The notes beneath the pieces were generated by a model. The model was given only the letters and a program-made list of their open reading frames with translations, was not told the DNA's origin and did not search any database. Shown piece after piece: positions 52,835 to 63,200 of a DNA stretch of 64,000 nt. The stretch covers positions 124,001 through 188,000 of the forward strand of contig MCFH01000033.1 in assembly GCA_002104945.1 (NCBI GenBank), written 5' to 3'. The DNA is from Piromyces finnis finn. Its lineage: Eukaryota; Fungi; Neocallimastigomycota. How positions within the stretch are numbered: the first letter of the stretch is position 1; each line of letters starts with the position of its first letter. The position numbers and the translations under genes are program-made.

Positions 52835-54358
52835 TCATTTTCTATTTTTTAATCTATTATTATAAAGATTTTGTTTTGGAATATTAATAGAAGAATCTGA
52901 TCGAATATTTAAGGCTTTTTTTGCTAACCTATCTGCTAAATCATTATATTTATTATCTGAATGAGCTTTAACTTTAATGAAATTCACTTTAAGATTTTTC
53001 TTTATTTGGTTATAATAGTTTTTATATTGAATCGTTCCTGGTTTAGTTGCTTTCCATATATTAGTGGCCCAATTTTCTATTCCTATATAATCATAATATA
53101 TATCTATTTCAGGAATTTTATTTTCTATGCAATATGACATTGCTCTTTTTGCACCTTCTATTTCACCAGCAACATTTCTCATTTTTCTCATTTCGGGATC
53201 ATTGAATTTTTTATAGAAATGATGACCTTGATTTTGGTAAAAGATAACAGCACCATATGAATACTCTTTTGTTTTTTTATTAAAACTTCCATCAACATAT
53301 GCTACTGCTTTGCTTTGGTTTCCATTATTTATATTATCATGCATTATTTTTGATTTTATATCTATATTTAATGAATTAGTTGTATTTTCTATAATATCTA
53401 TCTTTTTTTCAAGTTTAGTGCTTGTTGAGTTATCATTACTTTTTTCATCATCGTCGTCTATAATAATAATGTCTAAATCAGCATTTTCTGAAATTTCATT
53501 GACTTTAATATTTGTAGAATTATTGCTAATATTAGTATTTTCTGTAGCATTATTAGTATTTAAATTTTCTGTATTTTCATGTGTATTTATATTTTCTAAA
53601 TTACTAGTAATATTAGTATTTTCTTTAATATTATTAGTATTTGAATTTTCTGTATTTTCATGGGTATTTATATTTTCTGGTATTTCCATGACATTTTCCT
53701 CTCCAGTGTTATTAGAGTTAGCATCAACATCAATAATTTCCATATTTTCTTGTAGATCTTCTGAATTGTCTTTCTCTTTATCATTTCCTTGAAGGAAATC
53801 ACGGGCTTCTTTTAAAGTATAAAAACTTTTATAATATGGGTAACGAAAGCCATATACCTGTTTTTTACATTGTTCCCATGTAGTGAAAATTCCTGTATTA
53901 CGACCTCTTCTTACAGCATAAAATTTTCTATCAAAGGTTGTTTTCTTTTTTTCTTTTATTTTAACACCAGCTTCCATTTTTTCAGATAATTCATTTCCTT
54001 TTACAAAATCTTGAGCCTCTTCTAAAGTCAAGAAACTTTTATAAATTGAACCATTATATCCCATAACATAGTCTTTACATTCATCCCAAGTATCAAATAC
54101 TCCTGTTTTGTAACCTCTTTTTATTGCGTAATATTTTTTTATTGATTTTTTTGGTTTCGTCATATTTTTTTTAACACCATCTTCTAATTTAACGGAAACT
54201 TCCCTTCCATTTAAAAAATCTTCTGCTTCTTTTAATGTCATGAAACCCTTATATACTGAACCTTTATATCCAAGTACATGTCTCTTACATTCTTTCCATG
54301 ATTTAAATATACCTGTAGTATATCCTTTTTTTATTGCATAAAATTTCTTTACAACCAT
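52835..54358 (-). CDS. Intronless ribonuclease HI with three tandem N-terminal hybrid-binding (Cauli_VI/viroplasmin) domains and a bacterial-type catalytic domain
   Basis: HBDs start at aa 4, 74 and 144 (FYAIKKGYTTGIFKSWKEC, YYAIKRGYKTGVFDTWDEC, FYAVRRGRNTGIFTTWEQC). The catalytic D-E-D-D set is in YVDGS, RNVAGEIEG, YYDY and VKAHSDNKYNDLADRLAK. Confidence 0.95.
   Translation of the reverse strand: MVVKKFYAIKKGYTTGIFKSWKECKRHVLGYKGSVYKGFMTLKEAEDFLNGREVSVKLEDGVKKNMTKPKKSIKKYYAIKRGYKTGVFDTWDECKDYVMGYNGSIYKSFLTLEEAQDFVKGNELSEKMEAGVKIKEKKKTTFDRKFYAVRRGRNTGIFTTWEQCKKQVYGFRYPYYKSFYTLKEARDFLQGNDKEKDNSEDLQENMEIIDVDANSNNTGEENVMEIPENINTHENTENSNTNNIKENTNITSNLENINTHENTENLNTNNATENTNISNNSTNIKVNEISENADLDIIIIDDDDEKSNDNSTSTKLEKKIDIIENTTNSLNIDIKSKIMHDNINNGNQSKAVAYVDGSFNKKTKEYSYGAVIFYQNQGHHFYKKFNDPEMRKMRNVAGEIEGAKRAMSYCIENKIPEIDIYYDYIGIENWATNIWKATKPGTIQYKNYYNQIKKNLKVNFIKVKAHSDNKYNDLADRLAKKALNIRSDSSINIPKQNLYNNRLKNRK
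53527..53678 (-). repeat. In-frame 81-bp tandem duplication in the RNase H linker (ENINTHENTENxNTNNxxENTNIxxN x2)
   Basis: Two related copies at about 53527-53597 and 53608-53678. Confidence 0.9.
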
Positions 54359-55565
54359 TAATTTTATTTTTGAGAAACTCTTAGAGTATATAATAATTAA
54401 TTGTTATATGATAAAAGTTAAAAAAAAAAAATATCATTTTTGAATAATGTACAATAATCACGTATACAAATTTTTGAATTTATGTATTTTGTAGTATATA
54501 ATAATATAAGTATGAAAATTGTTTCACAAATAAGAACCAATAAAGCATATATTCAAAATAATTTTTTTTGTATTTTTCATAAACGTTTTATTAATGACTG
54601 TTTATTAAATGTTTGTTATAATGTATACAAACTTAAGATAATTTAAAATTAATAAGGATTTTTATTTATGTTTCACAACTAAAAAAAAAGTTTTAAAAAT
54701 GTTTTCATAAATAATATTAAAAGTAATTTTTAAAAACTATATATAAAATTATAAAAATAAAAGATAATGACAGAATAAAGAGAAAAAAAAAAAAAATTAT
54801 ATTCTACTTTAATCTACACCTCAAATTTATATATAGAGATAAAAAAGAATATAAGAAAAAAATAATAGTAAAAACTAAAGAATTTAATTTTCATTTTAAG
54901 GAAATTTATAAACATATTAAATATTAAACTATTAATTATAGATTTTTGTTTAAAAGTTATAAAATTTAAATATATTTTCTCAATATATCATTCAATAAAA
55001 ATAAATAACAATTGTATATAAATTTTATTTTTGTCATTATGATATTTTAAAAAAAATAAAATTTTAAATTTTTTTTAAAAAAACATAAAATAATTATATA
55101 ATGGAGGGGGTTAATTTATGTTCCCTTGAAGTTTATTATATCATTTAAAATAATAATAAAATTTATAAAAATAGGAATTTTTTTTTTTTTTTAAAATCAA
55201 TAAAATTTTATAATATTATTATTCGGAATTTAATGTTCATTTGTCAAATTTTCTTATTATGAATCCAAATACATTAAATTAATATAATATATATAGGCAA
55301 TTTTCTTAATTTTTGAAAGAATAGATACAAAGAAATACTGTTAAGAATTATAATCTTTAATTTTTTTTTTATTTGTAAAATTTTTAAATTTATTTCCAAT
55401 TCTATTATTTCAATCAGCAATAATTTAATCATTTGGTCTTGATAATTCATCTATAAAAATTATAAATTTTTATTAAAATTTATATTAATTCAAATTCGCA
55501 AATAAAACAAAGGAAATAATCAGAAGTATTTTATAACTTTAAATTGAGTTATTGTTATATAAAAA

Positions 55566-57245
55566 ATGGATTATTTTAATTCAGTAATTTCAAAATTTGT
55601 AATAACAAATAGGATTGGTTTTCCACCAAAGGATGAAATAAATGCATTTCAGTATTTATCTGATACTAAACAATCAAAACTCTGGAAATATACAAAACCA
55701 ACTAAAAACAAATGGATTGTTAAAGAAGATAATTCATATAGTCTTTTTAAAAAGACAGAAAAAGATAAATCAATTGATGAATATGAAGTTATAAAAGTAT
55801 TAGGTGTTGGTGCACATGGTGATGTTAAATTAGCTAAAAAAAAGAATGATGCTAAAAAGGTAAATTAAATCAAATATAATGGAATAAATATTTGTGTTTT
55901 AAAAGAATAAATTAGTAAAATTAAAATGCATATAAAATATTTATATAAATCTAAATAATACGAAAATATTTATTAACAATTAATTCATTAATCTATATTA
56001 CACTATTATCAATTAAAAATTTAATTACAAATATTTTATAACACGATAGAAACAATTTGCTATAAAAACAATTAATAAAGATAAAATATTGCCAGAATTG
56101 TTAATTGGTAATCAAAATAGACAAATTCCATTAGAAATTCATATTCTTGATTTTTTAAGTAGACATTTAGATCCATCGGGTGTAATTGTAGAAATGACTG
56201 ATTATTTCGAAGATGATGATAATTTCTACGTAGTAATGAAATATTTTGACAATGGAATAGGAATGGATTTGTTTGATTTTGTAAGCTTAAAATATTTAAT
56301 TATTAATAATATTTACTAAAATCTAACAATAATTTTAATAATTCAATATTTTTGCTATTATTATTAACATTTCATTAATTTTTTAAAAAAAAATTAAATA
56401 AATAAAAAAGATTGATAACCAAGTTGAATGGATTGAAGAAAGTCGTATAAAAAAAATATTTAAACAATTATGTCAAGGTATATCTCATTTACATTCGCTT
56501 GGTATTGTTCATCGTGATATAAAAGATGAAAATGTTATTATGGATGAAACTTGTACAAAAATCCAATTAGTGGATTTCGGTTCTAGTGGTTATTATAGAC
56601 CGGGTCTTCTTGATGATAAATTTTTTGGAACTGAAGGATATGCTGTAATTATCTATTATAAAAAAGACTTAAAAAATAATTCTTCAATATTAAAATTTAA
56701 CTAATAATATATATATATTTAGGCACCAGAAAGTAATAAAAAAATTTAAGAGAATAATACTAAAATAGAATCAAATAAACTAATATTTTTAATATATAAC
56801 CTATTAATCATACTCTTTCACTTTTTAAGTTGTTAATGGTGAAAAATACTCGGGTCCAGAACAAGGTATAATAAAAATAAGAAAAGATTTTTATAAAAAT
56901 TTACTATTTTATTAAATATTTCAATTATCTAAATTTAAATATATTCAAAATGTAAGATATATGGTCATTAGGTGTACTCTTATATACATTGATTTACCAA
57001 GAAAATCCATATTTACAAGAAGATTTTTATTCGAAACCATTACAAATACCTTTCATATTATCAGAAGGTAAAAGTTAAATTATCCAATTACTTTGAATAA
57101 TAGAACTATGGGATTAAGTATTCATAATTTTTTTATTACTATACTATTAGGTTCTTTAGACTTATTGCGCTGGATGTTAAATAAGGAGCCAAGTTGTAGA
57201 CCAACTATTAATGAAATATTAAATCATCCTTGGCTTAAAGATTAA
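55566..57245 (+). CDS. Ser/Thr protein kinase with a PAS-kinase (PASK/Psk)-type catalytic domain and no PAS region; multi-exon
   Basis: LGVGAHGDV, FAIK, IPLEIHIL, GMDLFDF, HRDIKDEN, DFGS, GTEGYA|APE|IVNGEKYSGPEQ|DIWSLGVLLYTLIYQENPY and ILNHPWLKD*. Confidence 0.9.
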
Positions 57246-57582
57246 GCCTCCATAAAAATTTAAAAAGAACGCTATTTTTGAAATTTTTATATACAAGCAC
57301 AAACTTATCGCATATTTTAATTCAACATATTTAATTTATATATGTTTTTAATTAAAAATAAATTATCTTTAAAAAGATTTGTATAATACATAAATAAAAC
57401 TTTTTTTTAAGCTGTGATGAAATAAAAGTACTATACTTTTTTCTAAATTTCTTCTGTAATTATATAAATATTTTTAAATAGATTAAAGATTTTTAAAATT
57501 ACAATTAATAAAAATAATAATAGAAAATTATATATATTATTTAATTATTTTTTCTGATAATTAAAAATTAATTTTCAAATAC

Positions 57583-57647
57583 ATTCTTTATATTTGAATA
57601 TTGTATTTCTTCATGATACAGAAATACAATATTCAAATATAAAGAAT
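57583..57647. repeat. Perfect 28-bp inverted repeat with a 9-nt spacer (hairpin/cruciform)
   Basis: attctttatatttgaatattgtatttct (57583-57610), tcatgatac, then agaaatacaatattcaaatataaagaat (57620-57647), which is the exact reverse complement. Confidence 0.95.
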
Positions 57648-58191
57648 ATCTCATAAATAATATTTTTAAACTTTTAAGTTTTTTTTTTTTTTAACATTTT
57701 CTTGTAGAACTCTTTACATATTTGGATTGAACGATATTTAATGAATTAATGAAATAGAAAGAGTTAAAAGGCATAAACTACATTATATTTAAAATAAATT
57801 TGTATTCTTTATAATATTTTTGAATTTAAAATTTTCAACAATTTAATTGAGGCTTAGATCATCACATGTTTGATCTATGAAAATAAAATTTTTTTTGTTA
57901 CATTTCCATTTACATTAATATATTATATGATGATGAAAATAGTAAGTATGGGGCTTTTATATATTATATCATATAAAAAAAAAAAATTTAATATTTAATA
58001 AATGTAATTTATGTGGCACATTATTTATATTTACCAAGTACAAAATTTAATTTTTTCTTCATTCAATTCGTCAATATTATTAATACATAATGTAAAAAGA
58101 ATAATTTATACTTTATATATAAAGAAGAAAAAAGAATAATTTTTTTTTTAATCATTTTTTTATATATATAAAATAAATAAATAAATATATA

Positions 58192-58580
58192 ATGGCTAGA
58201 GGAAAGCAGAAGGAACAATCTAGGTAATTATTTAAATAAATTTTAAATTTATATCAAAAAATGAGTTTTAATATTTAAATAATTATTTTTAATAATATAG
58301 AGAAAAGGCTCAAAAGGCTGCTGCTGCTAGAAAGGGTGGAAAGTCACAAATCCAATTCAGACAACAAGGACTTCAAAGTATTTGCCCAATTTGCAAGGTA
58401 TTAATATATTATTTATGAATTTATATTTATAATTAAAAATATTATAAAAATGCTAATATTAATTTTCCTAAAATATTAAATATGTATTATTAGACTCCAA
58501 ATCCAAACTACAAAACTATGGTTTTACATATGGAAGCCAAACATCCAGGAAAACCAATTCCACCAGAATCTACTGCTTAA
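58192..58580 (+). CDS. ZNF706: Small 4F5/SERF-C2H2 zinc-finger protein (ZNF706-like); 3 exons (58192-58223, 58301-58397, 58494-58580)
   Basis: Spliced product MARGKQKEQSREKAQKAAAARKGGKSQIQFRQQGLQSICPICKTPNPNYKTMVLHMEAKHPGKPIPPESTA*. It has the MARG-Q N-terminus and a CxxC...HxxxKHP finger. Not in the ORF track. Confidence 0.9.
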
Positions 58581-60237
58581 ATTATCTCTATAATATTTAA
58601 TAAAAATATATTTTATTATATATAATAATTGTTAATTAAAAAAATAATAACAATATTGTACATTTATATATTCTATAAAATTAAAAAAGTTTATGGGATA
58701 ATACAAATATAAAAGAATAAATGCAAATGAAAAGAAATAAATCTTTAAATAAATTTTCAAAGGAAAAAATTAATTATAAAAATTGTTATTATTAAAAGAA
58801 AATTCAATAATATTATAAATATTGTATTAGAAATTTTGTTGTAAACTATATAATAAAAGGAAATAAAACTTCACATAAAAAAAATATTTTAAGATTAATT
58901 TATTTTCTTTTTTTTAATCAATTATTTTAATATGTATACTTTTATAATAATTATAATAGAAGTATAAGGTTACTAATTAATTAAAAAATGAAAAAAAATA
59001 ATAATAATAATAACCATTCCATTCCTATTTTATAAAATTTAAAGAAATATGGCAATATGTTTTTTATTTAAAAAATATAACAATTAGTTCAGTTGTTAAA
59101 AATTAAGCTATATACTATATTATAAATAATTAGAATATAGTTTTACTTATTTTTTTTTTTATTTTTGTTTCATTTTAAATAGTTAAATTTGATAGAATTT
59201 AAATTTTACTGTAATATTATTAATTTTTTATTTTTAATCTTTGAATTAATGTAAATCTATATATATAAGTAATGTATAAAAATTACTCAACTAATACATA
59301 TATCATTTTGTTACATAAATAACGATATAAAAATAATAAGGAATTTAATATATTATATAAAATTATTTATTTTTACAATTTAAAAATGAAACATATATGT
59401 AAAATAAATGTAAGAATGTAAGATTATATAATGTAAATGTATGATCCCTATAGTTGTATTTATTATTAAAAAGGTTTCTTGTTTTAGTATAGTTTAGAAA
59501 ATGACTTCAATACTATAATATGAGTTTTGATATTTAGAGAAATAAGAAACATTAAAATATAATAAATATAAAAAGTAATAAAAATATTTATACCTTAATT
59601 TTTTTTTTTTTTGCTACATATCATATATAAATGAATAATAAGCCAACAATGAAGTATTGATTATCTTGAACAAACTTAATAATTATAGTTTAATGGTAAA
59701 TTTAACTATAATTAATAAAAGTATACTATAAATAATGATTAAGATTTAAAGATTTAATTAGTTCAATTTCAGAACATTAAATATTAAATATATTAAATGA
59801 TCATAACAAAACTTTCTTATACTTAACAAAATTATATTTTATTATTAATATGTTTTTATATTTACTAATTCTTAATTTATAATTATTGAAAACTTTCTTA
59901 ATTGTATTTAAAATAATGTTATTTAAAATATAAAACTTTATTAACAGTTGATTTAAATATTTATATCAAGTGTTAATTCAACTTTTTTGTAATTTTTATT
60001 AGAGAAATTAAATAATAATCTTAAATTGTAATAAAATTTAGATACGTACTTTAAATAAATTAAAAATAAATTAACGTAATAATTATGAAACATAAATTGA
60101 TTTTGTTAATTTAACTCGATAAAAAAAAATTGAAATGAAAATAAAAAGTAAATAATTAAATGACAACAATAATAAATAAATAAATAATATTCATTTTGAT
60201 AATAAAGATAAAGAAAGCAAGATTTTGAAAGATAAAT

Positions 60238-63200
60238 ATGAATATATTAAAAGATATTATCAATAATAATACTGAAAATGTAAAAAAAATATTCAAAAAT
60301 AATAAAAAAATAAATATATTAGAAAAGAATGAAGATGGATCAGGTTCTCTTTTGTGTGCTATCAAAAATAATAATCTTGAAATTACAAAATTAATAATAA
60401 ATTATGCAAATGCTGAAGGTATAATTTTAAATATTAATGAAAAGAATAATGAAAAATATTTCCCTCTTTTATGGGCAATTCGAAATAACAATGTCGAAAT
60501 TACAGAATTAATAATGGAATATGCTAATAGTAGAAATATAATTTTAGATATCAATGGAAAGGATAATAATGGAAAATATCCACTTTTATGGATAATTGAA
60601 AAAAACTATAAAGAAATTTCAAAATTATTAATAAAATATGCAAATGATAAAAATATAATGATAAATGTTAATGAAAAAGATAGATATGAATGGTATCCAG
60701 TCTCATTAGCAGCTAATAATAATAGTATTGAAAATATGGAATTATTAATTAATTATACTAAAGAAAAGAATATCATCTTAAATATTAACGAAAATAGTTT
60801 TGATGATGAAACTCCAATTTCAATATGTATTAATAAGAATTATTTTGATATAATAAAATTATTAATTCAGTATGCTAATGAAAAAAATATTATTTTGAAA
60901 AATTTAATGATTAAATATGAAAATGGAGAATATCCTATACAATGGGCTATTCGTAATGATAAAATGGAAATTACAAAATTATTGATTGCTTATTCTAATA
61001 TACGTAATAAACCCTTATATATAAATGAAAAAAATGAAAAAAACGAATACCCATTATATTGGGCAGTTCGCAATAATAATATTGAAATGATGGAATTATT
61101 AATTAAATATGCTAAAGATAACGATATTGAATTAAAATTAAATGAAAGAACAAAAGATGGATCTTTTCCTTTGTTATGGGCCATTCGTAATAACAACATT
61201 GAAATTTTGAAAAAATTAATAGACTCAATTGATAATAAGGATTTACTTTATATTAATGAAGGGGATGAAGATGGTTATCCGATTTATTGGGCTGTTCATA
61301 ATAATAATATTGAAATCGTAAAATTATTAGTAAAATTTGCTTTAGAAAGTAAAATAGATTTAAAAATTAATGAAAAAGGTAAAGGTGGATGGTATCCATT
61401 TTTAAGTGGTATTAAAAACAATAATCCTGAAATTTTAAAATTATTAATAAATTATGCAAAAGAATCTCATTTCAAACTTGAAATTGAAGAAATAAATGAA
61501 ATAAATAAAGGATGGTACCCATTGATATTAGCTATTGAAAATGGAAATATTGAAAATATAAAACTTATAATTAATTATGCTGATAATGCTAATAATTATT
61601 ATAATAAACCATTAAATATTGAAAGAAGAAATGAGAAAGGAGATTTCCCTCTTTTATTAGCAATTAAAAATAATAAATATGATATTATTGAATTACTAAT
61701 TGATTATGCTAAAACTTGGAAAATTGAATCAACAATTATTAATAAGAAATATAGTATAGATGATGAAAACAGTTATAATAATACATTCCCTCTTTTATAT
61801 TCAATTAAAAATAATAATACTAAAATCACAAAATTATTGATTGAACACACCAATACAGAATATATCAATGAAAAAAATAAAAATGGTGAATATCCCTTAT
61901 ATTGGGCAGTCCGTAATAATAATATTGAAATTATTGAAACCCTGATAAAACAAGCAACTCATGAAAATATTTCCTTAATTATAAATGAAAAAGACAAAGA
62001 TGAATGGTATCCACTTCTATGGGCTTTAGAAAATAATAATATTGAAATTACAAAATTATTAATGGATTATGCTAAAGAAAAAAATATTAAATTGCTAATA
62101 ACTGAAAAAAATAAAAAAAAATTGTTTCCACTTTTACTAGCTATTCATAATGATAATATGGAAATGATTAAATTATTGATTGATTATGCAGCTTCACAAA
62201 ATATTAGGTTATATATCAACCAAAATCAAATAAAGCAATGTAAAAATTCTAACACTGATGTCTTAGAAATGTTAAAACAAAATAAAATTACTAATGACTT
62301 TGAGTTAGATGTTAGTGTTGATGAAACTTTTAGTAGGGAAAATAACACCTTTTTACAAACTTTTAATAAAGTTATCAAAGATATAGAATTATATAAAAAA
62401 GATCCAGAAAATAAAAATATTGAATTAAATATTAATATAAAAAATCAAGATGGATGGTATCCATTACTTTTTGCTATTCGAAATAATAATGTTGGAAATG
62501 TCAAATCATTAATTGAGTATGCTAAGGATAATAATATGATTCTTGAATTTAATGAAAAAAACAAAGATGGATGGTATCCTCTTTTATTAGCTGTTCGAAA
62601 TAATAATATTGAAATTTTTGATTTATTAAAAGGTTATTCAGAGTATGTAAAAAAACCTTTAATTATAGATGAAAATAATAATAATAAGGATAAATGTTAT
62701 CCTCTGTTATTAGCAATTAAAAAAAATAACACTAAAATTGCAAAATTATTGATAGATTATTCCATTAAAAAAAAAATTATATTAAATATTAATGGTAAAG
62801 ATATTAAAGGGTTTTCCCCACTTTATCATGCAATAAAAAATAAAAATATTGAAATTACTGAACTATTAATTAATTATTCCAAAAAAAAAAGTATTCCACT
62901 AATAATAGATGAAGAAATTAAAATAGTTAAAAAAAAAGAAAATATAAAATCATATCCTCTATTTTTGGCAATAAATAAAAATTGTACTAGAATTGTAAAG
63001 CAATTAATTGACTATGCAAATTCTCAAAAAATTTTATTACCAATCAATGAAAAATTTGAAAGAATTAAAAGAAATAAAAAAATAAAATGGTACCCCCTTT
63101 ATGAAGCAATTACAAATAATAATATCGAAATTGTTAAAATGATAATAGAATATGCAAATAATAATAACATCCTATTAGAAATAAATGAAAATATTTGTAA

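Noticed and set aside
52835-54358. RNase H as part of a retroelement or caulimovirus-like insertion, or as bacterial contamination
   Set aside because: There is no RT, integrase, gag or LTR nearby. The AT-rich codon usage and Asn-rich linker match the host, and the flanking genes are intron-containing fungal genes.
57855-57877. Short inverted repeat tagatca...tgatcta
   Set aside because: A 7-bp stem is expected by chance in AT-rich DNA.
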